Of a stretch of 46,177 nt of DNA, positions 35,201-46,177 are shown one piece after another (position 1 is the stretch's first letter; each line of letters starts with the position of its first letter). The position numbers and the translations under genes were made by a program. Source of the DNA: Vermamoeba vermiformis (lineage: Eukaryota); NCBI GenBank assembly GCA_045837725.1, contig JBEWZL010000102.1, positions 372,001 to 418,177 on the forward strand, read 5' to 3'. The notes under the pieces were generated by a model, which saw only the letters and a program-made list of their open reading frames with translations, made no database searches and was not told the origin of the DNA.

Positions 35201-37365
35201 AGGGTGCAGGGGTGGAGAAGGCTTTTGCGTGAATCCACCAACCGCTGGAACTCCAAGCCCATATTTTATTCGAGTGAGAGCTTCTCTGGAGAGAAAAAAA
35301 AAAAGGAGAGAGGCGCTTTTCCGGGAGGGAAGGCGGGGCGGGAGTCTTATGTAGGGTGGGGGAGGAGGGGGCGGGGGGGGAGGAGTTGAGATTTTGTTGT
35401 TGCACTGTTTCGGCGTAACAATAGAACGTTGTTCATATGATGCAAAAGCTTACTTGAATTTGATAAACATAATATTCGATGGATCCGCCGAGCGTTTTAT
35501 CGTGCAAGACTCGCATGAAGAAATTGATGCCGTAGAGTTGAAACACAATCACGCGCCAATACGACCAAACATTCGTTTTGTACCATGGATGTATATCAAG
35601 GACTGCATATTGCTCCTCCCATTCTGACCAATCATAAATTAGATCCGGACAAAAATAAATAAACATATTACTTACGTAATATCGACGTGTTTTCAGCAGC
35701 TCGTTTCATCTTCGCGTAATATTGTTCTTTGTGGCCAATGGCTTCATATACTCCACGCCAACTGTTGCTATCGTGAGACTTGTCTTCGATGATCTGGATC
35801 CAGAACAAATTAATACAGGCTGGTGTAAATAAGAAAAAGTCTTACTGTTTTCATTAAGCACATCATAGATAACTTCTTCTCGTGTAAATGTGCGTAAATT
35901 AATCCGCGGAACAAAGGCGCTTCATTATCGTTGATCTCAATATCAAAATCAATTTCAAGATCTACATTAGTGTATTAGACTATGAAAGTACTATAGTAGT
36001 ATATAATGTCTCTTACCGTTATCTTGAATTGACTGCGCAGGACGATAATTGATTTCATAGACGAGTCCAGCAAGGAAGTTGAAAAAATCACGGCTCGGCA
36101 CATTTTTCACGCCCAATTGGTTCATCATCCAGTGCAAATTATCTTCGTTCAATTGCACCGCAGGGTCCTTGAAGTATCGGCTCTTAGGCCTACTCATCAT
36201 ATACAACAAGTTTGTCTCGGTCACGAAAATTTGTCGATTTGCCATGTCGTGTAGTTGGACGTATGTTACCAACTCGTGAGAAGTTCCATTCAACGTGCAA
36301 GTGAGTCTTAGTATATCTCTTGGCGGCCACAAGTGCTCCAAGCCTTTGACAACTTCGCCAATGCTATGTGCTGCCACCACGTCCTTCTCAAACACGTACT
36401 CTAACGTCATCAAATCACCGTTCTTAAGTACGATTTGTAACCGTTCGTTATCTTATAAAAACGTTAATAACGTTATACTAAGTATGACATTACATACCTC
36501 TACGGTCTGCGGATTGATCATGAAAAGGATATTCGCGCCATAAGTGTACAATTTCTACGGGAAGTTAGATGCGGATCTAATTTGCAGTCAAGACTTACTC
36601 TTGTAAAAAGTGCGTTGTACAATACTAAATAAAGTATTATAGTGCGGTCCTAATGCCGTTTGAGAGGCGGCGGACCAATACTGCAACATGTGCTGTCGCT
36701 TCCAAACGAGGTAATTCTCCGGCGTGTTTAATGCCCCAAATTCAATGCGTAAATCATCGGCCTATAAATTAATATCGTTAGTTTATATTCTTTTACCTCC
36801 ATAATAATTTTTGTACCGTTTCCCAAGTCGTTTTTCGATCCATAAGGTTTTCAAGTTGTATTTCAGCCTCTATTGATAATAATTAATATATATATGGAAA
36901 GCTATCATTATTTTAGTACCAATTACGGGCTTGACCAGCTTATAAATCGTGAGTAGCTTCGTTGGTGAGTCCTCGATCTGCGGCATCTCCTCACCTTTGA
37001 AAGTGAATTAGTCTTGACAAAGGCAATTTCAATTATGAATAATTTATACCCAGCTCTTCGATAATACGGAGGTAAATCTCGTCCATAATAGTCTCATTCC
37101 ACAACTTCGAGACAGATCGAACGCTTATAAGGTCTACGTAATCGAAAAATATTCTAATCGTTGCATAGGCCCAATACTCTACATTTCCCTCTAATTAAAG
37201 TGGTTAGAGCAATTTTAAATAATATTTTCAAAAATTTCATTCAAGCAGATTCAGCTTTCGTGGCGAATCTTTGTCGTCGAATCCAAGTAATTTTTATATT
37301 AATAATACGAACATACCTGAAAGGTACTTCTCGTAAGTCTTTCGTTCGTGTGCGTGTGGATCCAT
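32238..37365 (-). CDS. Large multi-exon protein with an N-terminal F-box-like motif and two tandem copies of an unrecognised domain
   Basis: Start MDPHAHERKTYEKYLS; IRIFFDYVDLISVRSVSKLWNE; paired motifs in both halves (NxPExxxxWKR, NGDL/DGEL..LWPPxD..LVxYVQ..LxEDNLxWxMxxLxV..FFNxL, HPW..DKTL, FLDLxLTxxGD); unit 1 splices in frame into unit 2. Confidence 0.7.
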
Positions 37366-37554
37366 TTGCAGTCGTTTAAATAAACGGTAACGCTGTTAAA
37401 TTAAACGAAGAACAAGGGTTTAATAAATAATTGTAGTGTCGTTAGTGGTAATGTACAAACAAACAAAATCTTTTTAAGTCGTAATAATTATCTCTGGTCA
37501 AGGAAAAGTTTGTTTACTAAAAATAGACAAAAGAAGGAAATTCATCCTATTAAA

Positions 37555-39294
37555 TTATTGCGCCCATCCTTCCGCTGCAGCGACCTTAAATAAGAAATTG
37601 TCCATACCCGCGGGCAATTTCTTTTGCTGCAATAATTTGTACGTGATATGACCTTGATCTCCTTTCCACGAGTCCAACTTGGCCAATAAATTCTTAGTTC
37701 GCACCATTAGCTCCTAAAATACATTATTAATACACTACTACGATCATATAATGACTTTTAAAGTAAACTCGTACCTTAATTACGGCTTGATCTGCTACAT
37801 TCTCGTCTTTGCTACTTTCAGACAAGTACGTGGCTAACTCTTGGTGCACGGAACTCTTACTAAAGTCTTCTTGGACATTATCGTTTACAGTCACCGTTCG
37901 GTTTGTCACTAAATAAAAATTGACTGTTAAAACCCGGCCAGATCTTGTATGATACACAAGCTATGTATATTCTTTGTAAGCAACGTACCATCAATTAAAA
38001 CATCGTAGTATTGTTGGCTAGTCTTAATATCCGGGTTAGTAAAGCCTGCAACGTAAACACCAGTGTTTGTCAACTCGCGCAATTCGAGGTCATTCATTCC
38101 AACCCACGGTCTACAATAGAACTCTATTAGTAATAATTCTAACCACAGTGCCGAGTAATTAACAAATTACTAAATATTATGTATACGGGTAAATTAGTAA
38201 TTGAAGAAAAATTATGTCAAAGTAACAGATCGGATCCTGTTTGAAATTTCGAAAAATTGAAACTTGTTCATGTTTGTTAGCGATAAAAAATAGGTACCTA
38301 AGCACGTTCCAATCTTGTCTATGGAATACAAACAAAGGCATGGCTCTAATGAACTTCAATAAGGCACTCAATTTCTCGCAAAACACTGCAATTCTCTTCT
38401 TCATCAACAACGCGCTCCAAATAGTAACGATATCTTCTTCAAATAGACTAATAATATCTATGCACGAGTTAATATTATTATAACTTAAAATATATGAATC
38501 TTACCTTTAATTGATGTAGCCAAGTAGGATTGTTTAATGTCGAAGGCAGAAATGTCGAATTTGTCGGTCTTTCCATCGATAAATGTGTTCAAATATGCTT
38601 CCATTACTTTAACGGGGTCTCCGCTAGCATTATAAATAGCCGATAATACTTTGCAAAGTGCTCCGTATTTTTCAGGATGAAAATTCTGTAAAATCGAACT
38701 GTTAATTACTATATACTTAAAAATACTATAAGAAGCTATTACTAAGCACGCTTATTATGTTAGTAATATTTTGTTCGAGCTTACGTCTGTTACAAGGCAG
38801 ATCGAGAAAGCAACGACCTGGCTTCGAAGTTGTTGACCAGCATTAGGTGCAGTGAAAATATATAGCCAATTATTTTGATATTTGCTGAATGAAAATGGAA
38901 TAATAACGTTCTCGCTCAATGTGGAACGATTAATAATGACTTTAGATATTTCTTTTGGTTGAAGGAGCGGATGGGACCTGTAACAATATTAAAAATTAAA
39001 ATGCATATTATTTCATCAGTGTAATAATAATTTGTGGTTCTGAATACAAAAAATAGTGCAGCGTACGGGTGATCAAAAATTTAGATAAAATAATCAATTA
39101 CTTTCGCAAGGTTTCTGTCAATAAATTTACCAATAATCTACGTGCATAATACTAAAAATAATAGAGTGCTACGTTTTTTGAAGCTAATTTTCGTGAGATT
39201 TTTCTGATCTAGATGTTGCAACTTACCAAGCCAAGTACACATCATTTGTATCATCCTTTTCGATGATCGCGACTGTTTTGAGACCTAGTTCCAT
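37555..39294 (-). CDS. DENND10: DENN domain protein 10 (FAM45)
   Basis: IIEKDDTNDVYLAWSHP, FSICLVTDNFHPEKYGAL, GDPVKVMEAYL, YLATSIKDII, ALLMKKRIAVF, HRQDWNVL, YVAGF and NFLFKVAAAE match the FAM45A pattern along the whole length. Confidence 0.92.
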
Positions 39295-39512
39295 TTTATA
39301 CTAATAATTTGTGGTTGTTCTATTGCGTCTCAAAAAAAGCAATTTTATGCTGAAACGAATAATACTGAATCCGATCATTGAGAAACTACGAAGTAGCTCT
39401 GGGCAACAAGTTCTTTATTTCTTATGATGAATCTTTAAGCATTACATACACTAATAGTAAAACAATTGGGCCCATGCTCCGCCCGAAATAAAGCTCAACT
39501 GTCAGTTGTCAA

Positions 39513-42500
39513 ATGTCTGGTCCTAGAACAAAATCTGCAACATTTCAGCGACGTTTTAAGTGGTGCACCACAATGTCTAAGTACGCTAAAAGGCAGATAG
39601 AAAAACAGCAGTCCGATAATAGGCATCGTGGCGGATCTGTCGATATTTTTGAAGAGGATGTTGACAGTGACGAGTTTGCTATCGACTCTGAAGACTCGGA
39701 AGAAGAGATTAAGAAAGTACATAAAAAGAGCTTCGGAAAAATTAAATTAGATCAACCTTCTGACGTTGTTGGCTGGGGTAAGCGAATTTAATCAAAATTA
39801 TTTTCGTTCTTGTCTTTTTCCATCCGACGTGATTTTTATCGAAATTATATGCTATGTATATAGCAACACGATCATAATATTAGTTTGCACGAAGAATGCA
39901 CGCTAAATTATTTTTTGACAGACAAAACCAGATTGAGCATTGCCGAAAAAGGAGGTAAGCGTTTGTGTGGCTAATTATCGTTGATTAATTCATATGTATA
40001 ATAAATAATTATAACAGGATTTGGAGCCTCGCTAGTTTCACTTTTGAACCACAATTCAGCTCAAGTTAAAGATCTCACCAACGCTGCTATCTCATCCTTA
40101 AACATTACAGGTAAAATACCAAAAGTACTATTTTTAGGGTGCCGGAAATATTATCGAAGAATTTTCGAAATGGAGCCGTAACGGATGTCAACAAAATTAC
40201 TAAAAATTTAAATTTGTCAGAGGAAGGCGTGATCACCATCAAATCGCTCGAAGGCCTCATTCCTATATTTAAATTGGCCAAAATAGACGATGCTGAGGTC
40301 CAATGCAAAGCTGTCTGGGCTCTGGCCATTATTGCCAGCCAAAATGGTACGTGCATCTCGTTACAAAACCGCCAAAAACCTACAATTAAGCCAAAATATT
40401 ACGTTAGTCCCAAATAATATTATTTACAATAATTGTTTAATCGGATTGTATTTTTAAGACGGATCTTATAATTTAATAACTTTTTCTTCATTACTCACCA
40501 CTCGTTATTTTTAGGCGGAAATTTGCGTCTATTTAATCTCAAAGGCAGCTGGTTACTTTTGAAGCGCCTATCATTCTCTCACAACACCGCGACTCAATGG
40601 GGCATTGCAAATATTGTCGGACACATGGCCTTATACGGTACGACGATATTCTCGAGTCTAAACATAGCACCATATTAATATACAATAGGCCCTAATCTCC
40701 CACAAATGGTCGAAAAAGGTGTCGTGCAAATGCTCAAAGTTTTTTCAACGAGTGAAAGTTTGTACGTGCGCAGATCTGCAATGAATGCCTACGCCCTGTT
40801 GAGCTCTGATGGTACGACCTATATAATGATTATATAGTAGGTGCCTAATACTATTTAATGCATAGCTAAGAATGCTGCTATTCTCGCACAAGACGGCGGA
40901 ATTGATTTCGTAATGACACAACTCAAATACAACGACCTCGAACTTCAACGTGCAGTCGTGCATTGTATTGCGAACATTGCTAATGCTGGTACGTCTAATC
41001 TATTACTCTTCATCTATGCTGTAGTTGTCACAACGAATGTTCAAATTGTGACACGTGTCAAGCACGAAGTTGAATTTGACCGGGTTGACACGTGTCACAT
41101 TCTTTCTCGTACCGCGTAGGAAATATTTTGCACGTGAATGTACCTTACAAACTCATTTTATCGTTCACATAATATAACTATCATAATTTTTTACGAAAGT
41201 GGAATTGACGTGTTGCAATTTCTAGGCGATGTATGGCAAGAGGAAATCGTCAAATGGAACGGCATTGAATTGCTACAACATTTGCTGCAAAACAAAGACT
41301 GGATCTTGCAACAAACTGCCGCGCTGTGCTTGTGTCGCTTGACCTCGAATCGTACGTGACACTTTCAATGACACTTTTGACATCTTTTTTGACATTTGTA
41401 CTACCAGCTCTTGTGTGCAAGGAATTCTGCACCCGAGGTTCGTTTGAAGTGCCGTTTGAATTGCTCGTGATTGAAGATTTGGATCTAAGACTGAGTCTCG
41501 TGACTACGATCAATAACTTGGCCCAACACACCTCGTGTCGTGACCGAATGTTAGCGAGCATTGAGATCAGCAAGAAGACTAAAGAGACTGATAATTTGGC
41601 CTTTTTGATTCAATTGATTCGCAACACCGAAGATCATGACATTCAACGCGAGTGTCTCGGTGCCGTGAAACAATTGCACCCCGAGTTCTTTGACCGTAAG
41701 TCGAGATTTCCTTATTTGGTATAACCACGTGACTAACATTGCCGGTCTCTCATAGCTGCATTGTACGCAGCCGCACAGCTACAAATGCTGGACTCGATGG
41801 CCTCGAGCGAAGATGACGATGAAGATGTCAAGCCAAAGGTATCCAAACGTGAATTGAAACGTGTGGAGAGCAAGAAGGAAGCTAGAAAGAGCGATAAGAA
41901 GGCAAAGGACAAAGATAAGAAGGATGACACGAAAGGTAAAGTTAACTGCATAGTCGTAGCATTGAATTAACATTAACGTACTGATTGCTTCTTAGCGAAA
42001 AAAGATCGTGCCCTGCGAGTGCGACAACAAATCAGCAATTTCTTCTCGACAGACAAAAAACTCTCGCAAGACGCGTTAGCGAGACTGTTGCAACACGCGT
42101 CATCTGTCACGCGCACTGGTGACAAGAAGACGGACTTTATTAAGGTTATGTTGGCGCTTATTCAAGAAGACAAGAGCCACGGTGTTCAAAAGCAAGCTAT
42201 AATCGGCATTAGAAGGTTGGCAAAACGAGGTATGACACTTTGTGACACGTGTCAACATGTCACTTCAGACTGGTCTGACACTCTTGGCAGGCACCAAATC
42301 CAAATCGCTCGTGCGTCACTCTGGAGCCGTTGAGATCTTAATTGACGTCGTGAAGTCTGACAAAAAGCCTCGCTCTGTGTTGTCCGTGGCATTGCGTACT
42401 TTGTCGTACTTGATCACGACCGTTAAGGATCAGAACAAGATCAGAGAATCATCTTTATTTCCTTATTTGGTTAATATTGCCGAGAGCTCTCCTTCCGACA

Positions 42501-43716
42501 AGATACGTCAGAATGCCATTAAGCTCATTTTCAAGGCCATCTTTGACAATGGTACGCATCAAATCTTTGAAATTTCGTGTGACTCGAGGCTGACTTGTCG
42601 TTCTAGCCACATCACAATTCGCGATGAGAAATGCAGGAGGCTTGAAATTGGTGCAAAATATCTTGAACAGCCCTGCCCTCGACACGTACTACCAATCACT
42701 TGCGTGCCGCGTAATATCTGGATTCAGCTACAGCAATGGTACGTCGCTCATGCACTTTATTTCTATTACATTGTTCTGGTCCTAATTGTTTTTGTTGCAG
42801 CCACTATTCAGAAACAAATCGTTGAGATGGGTATCTTGGACAAATTGATCGAGATTGTGCGCAGCTCTCCATCGGTCATGTTATTGTACAGATCAATCGA
42901 CGCCATCCATGCCTCGTGCTTCAATAACAGTACGTCGATAAGAATGCATTTCCAAATTAGGAAAGTCAAATGCTAATTTAATTTTTTCACGTCAGACACG
43001 AACAAGGAATTAGTGCTGCACAGCGGTGGCATCGAACAAATCATCGCACTGCTCGACGAGAATGAAAGCACTAATGTGCCCAATGTGCTTTTGTCGTGCG
43101 TTTTGTCGTGCTTGTCCGCATTAGCTGACGGCAATCGTAAGTGGTCCATGATGTTTGCAAGCCTCAGTATTAACCTTGAAATGCTTAGCTGAGATCCAAA
43201 AGTACATCTACGAGAAGAATGTGCTGCACTTGCTCGGTTCACAGCTTCAAAAAGATGACGCGAGTTTGTTAGGACATGCGACACGATGTCTCATGGACTT
43301 GCTCAAGAACAACGGTACGGACCTTGATACTATAGCTATTCACTATACTTATGCTTATCCAATGCTCTGTAGTGGTTATGCAAGAGGCACTGGCGAAAAG
43401 CAACGAAAAAATTCTCGAAAAGATTGTCGAGTTGCTGGATTCAGAAAACCAAGGCGTGCAACAGAATTGTGTGGCATTGTTGGCGTTGCTTGCACGCATT
43501 GAAGGTTCGTTTTTTTATTCCAACATGAACACTGCTTCTTCACGCACTCGTCCAGTACTCACAATTATGTTTTTTATAGAGGGTCACAAGAGAATTCTCG
43601 AGACCGACTTCAAACGCCGCTTATTGGCCCTACTTCAAACAAACAACGTAGAGATGCGCCAGCTGGCAGAAGTGTGCTTAAGACTGTTGTCCAATGTGGC
43701 TGACGAATCTTTTTAG
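39513..43716 (+). CDS. Armadillo-repeat protein, many exons
   Basis: Repeated ARM helices (EVQCKAVWALAIIA, ELQRAVVHCIANIA, ILQQTAALCLCRL, GVQQNCVALLALLA) and a central Lys/Asp-rich linker; divergent from DENND10 across about 220 bp. Confidence 0.85.
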
Positions 43717-44082
43717 ATAAAGAAAGAGGTGTAAGTAACGAAATCTCGTTTGTGCTTGCTGGCTCTAAACAGGTGCACAAGCACGCCGTACGGCGGATCC
43801 GCTTATCAGCAGTTTTCACAAATTTGTGAGCAGCGACATTTTCTTTGGAGAAGTTCCCAGCCCGTACAATCTGACGCCGATCTATCCGCTTATCACCAAC
43901 TTCCATGAGCAAGTAGCCGACCTTATATTCTCAACGTAAGTATTGCGAAAACGTCACTGAAATATTGTTGTTGGTGCACATCTTCGAGCACAAAATTGTT
44001 GAACAACTAGCAAGGCGTTTTGTTGCTGAGTTCGGCCTACAATGACACGGCGAAAATTTTGTTGAGGATCGCATCAACGCCA

Positions 44083-44155
44083 GCCCGCTTAGCTCAGTCG
44101 GTAGAGCGCACGGCTCTTAACCGTGTGGTCGTGGGTTCGAGCCCCACAGCGGGCG
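44083..44155 (+). tRNA. tRNA-Lys-CTT: tRNA-Lys (anticodon CTT)
   Basis: 73 nt; acceptor stem GCCCGCT/AGCGGGC, D arm GCTC-AGTCGGTA-GAGC, anticodon arm CACGG-CTCTTAA-CCGTG, T loop GGTTCGAGCC; followed by T runs consistent with a Pol III terminator. Confidence 0.98.
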
Positions 44156-44472
44156 TATTTCTTTTTATTTTTTTGTTTTGTCCTTTCTTGTGAAGCCTTC
44201 TTCTGGTTCCTGTTCCTATCAACGAGCTCTTTATTATTTCCCGAAGGTATGCCAACAACATGTGTTTTTTCCATTGCGCTACGAAAAGGACCCGAACATG
44301 AGGAAGCGAACGGAGATGCGATCCATGGTAGCTTATAACACCGCAAGCGTTGTCGGAAAAGAGTTTGGTCGGGAAACGATCAAACCAAGTGCAAAGACCC
44401 GCCAAATCTCCATGGCCACCAATTTTTGCTGCAAAGAAGTTTATTCTAATTCTGATTCTTGATCTCTGCACC

Positions 44473-46177
44473 ATGGCTAATAGTTCAGCATTTGATACAT
44501 CACCAGTAACTGTTGGTAAATATAACGAATTTTAATATTATTATGATCCTTCCTTGTAAATTACTAATTTTAAATCCAGGTGATCGGCCAAACGCTGCTT
44601 TAATAGCAGAGGAAATCAAAAATAACGCCCCCAATTGGGCTGAAGCGATGAAAATACCCTTTTGGAAAGCCTTAAGCAAGCAAACAACAAAAGATAATGC
44701 TTATAAAAGGTACCGTCGTTCCTTTGTGCTCATCTGACCAGACTGCAGCGTTGAGGAGTTTTTTGCTCGAAAGAAAATAAAGCCTTCGTGGATCAAGCTC
44801 GATCGTCTTTGTGAAGGACAAATGTGCGGATTTTTTGGATACAAAGGTTGTCTCTTGTCCAAGCTTTGGGACACAGTTCAAGAGGTCCACAAATTCCTCA
44901 ACACCGTTTCAGAGGTACCTCAGCCATTACAATTAACATCATTATCAACTAGCATATTGTTAGGAAGTTAGCAGACCAGACAAATCTGCAAAAGAGGTGC
45001 GACAAGCGCTTTCAGAGCACGTAGAAATGTTAGTAGTAAGTGTTGACTTAGGGCAGAATTGAGATTCAGCTATATTAATTGTGACTGTGTTAGCCACCTC
45101 TGCTGCTTGACTTGTTCCCACACGACTTTGAGTGGCACTTACAATCACTGTACATGGATCTGGCAACTCCAAACAACACAGAAGTTCTCTCTTCCATTTT
45201 CTATCGTTACTTTAAATATTCGTTTCCCTTCACCAGGTATTGCAATCACAAATGATTCATAATATTTGTTTTCTGACCAGTTGAATGCAGCAACAAATCA
45301 ATGTGTTTTCCCACACAAGCTCTAGCTGAAGATCAGGGACCAGATCTGGAGTTGTATGCAGAAGAAGGCAAGAACAATACCATCTTCTTGGTTTGTGAAT
45401 ATGAAGATGTTGAGCACAAGAATCTGCTCAAGTTGATGGATACTCTACAGAGTGTGATTTTACAGAGGGTTCAGCAATACCCATCTGCCAGCAACAATGC
45501 ACTGGGTGTTCTTTGCAGAGGAAACAAAATGACAATGTTTCTTATGCTTTACAACCAGACCAGCAACGACTTTACTTGTTCCTTTCTTGCTGAAAACCAA
45601 ACAGACTTGTATACAGCTTTGATTGACTTAGAGAACATCAGCACACTTCTGCACTGCAACATTGTGATAATGATTGCTGGCAAAACTTTATACTTGGGCC
45701 CAAGCCAGTGCCATGACACTGATCTGAATAACAATGAAAAGAATCAAAATACAAAGGATGAGAAGGAAGAAGAAAGGCATCAACAAGGTGGAATATTTGA
45801 GAAGCTCATAAGTGACAAACTGCAACAGCACAAGTACATTGTGCAAGAGATGCTCTCCACGAAAGTTTATCAGGTCTACTTTAATGATCAAGACTACGTT
45901 GCTAAGGTACATACTTACTAGTAGTAGAAGAATGAATTCCTCCAAAACAATGCTAATTTGTCCTATTTTAGTTCTACTTCACTTCAGAGGCAAAATCAAG
46001 GGAGGAATTAATATTGGAGAAGCTCAGCGACAAATTTTTGAAGCCAGTTGACAGCTTCAAGATTTCAGATGAGATTAGGTGTGTTATTTTTCCATACATT
46101 GAGAACTGTAGCTGGCTTAAGCGACATGAATTTGTCGAAGATGTACGATCAGTTCTACTCGCCCTTGCTGAGTTGCA
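44473..46177 (+). pseudogene. Nuclease-like plus protein-kinase-like gene (Crinkler-type architecture), probably pseudogenised; runs off the window
   Basis: PDLELY..IFLVCEYE (PD-(D/E)xK-like), then a kinase N-lobe (KVYQV..YVAK|F..REELILEKL..VIFPYIE..VLLALAEL); in-frame TGA at 44735; strong CpG depletion. Confidence 0.6.

Noticed and set aside
35034-35405. Pro-rich and Gly/Arg-rich ORFs
   Set aside because: They arise from the low-complexity intronic tract; the flanking exons splice in frame without them.
43610-43930. Minus-strand ORF with VGYLLMEVG, vaguely kinase-hinge-like
   Set aside because: No other kinase motifs, and it overlaps the 3' end of the ARM gene.
44089-44474. ORFs overlapping the tRNA (…PAVGLEPTTTRLRAVRSTD)
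   Set aside because: Typical antisense translation of a tRNA gene.
44735-45276. Alternative genetic code or selenocysteine explanation for the in-frame TGAs
   Set aside because: Other genes in the window end in TGA (e.g. 5364 and 32151), no SECIS is evident, and local CpG loss explains the TGAs more simply.
1-46177. CRISPR array, prokaryotic Argonaute operon or autonomous transposon
   Set aside because: No regularly spaced repeats and no transposase or reverse-transcriptase motifs seen; the Argonaute is intron-rich and eukaryotic PIWI-type.

Overview
Gene-dense, AT-rich eukaryotic nuclear DNA with many short GT-AG introns. The gene content (cAMP-receptor-like GPCR, Cys-rich GPI-type surface proteins, PIWI-clade Argonaute) suggests a protist, possibly an amoebozoan; this is inference. 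Recognisable genes: a divergent ADP/ATP-carrier-like mitochondrial carrier, a roughly 15-exon PIWI-clade Argonaute with a degenerate slicer tetrad, pirin, a TDP2-like EEP phosphodiesterase, a class E (cAMP-receptor-like) GPCR, a ZIP metal transporter with an apparent +1 frameshift, DENND10/FAM45, an armadillo-repeat protein and tRNA-Lys(CTT). Accessory content: four copies of an unrecognised two-exon basic/Cys-motif protein family, a segmental duplication carrying two Cys-rich surface-protein paralogues, several secreted proteins (one with bacterial-style motifs), a large F-box-like gene with an internal tandem duplication of an unknown domain, and a strongly CpG-depleted, TGA-interrupted nuclease-like plus kinase gene beside the tRNA. 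Most notable: the predicted slicer-dead PIWI, the local CpG-decay signature, the orphan four-copy family, and an exact palindrome (TGACACGTGTCA) whose five spotted copies all lie in introns of three unrelated genes. All exon models were spliced by eye and are unverified.
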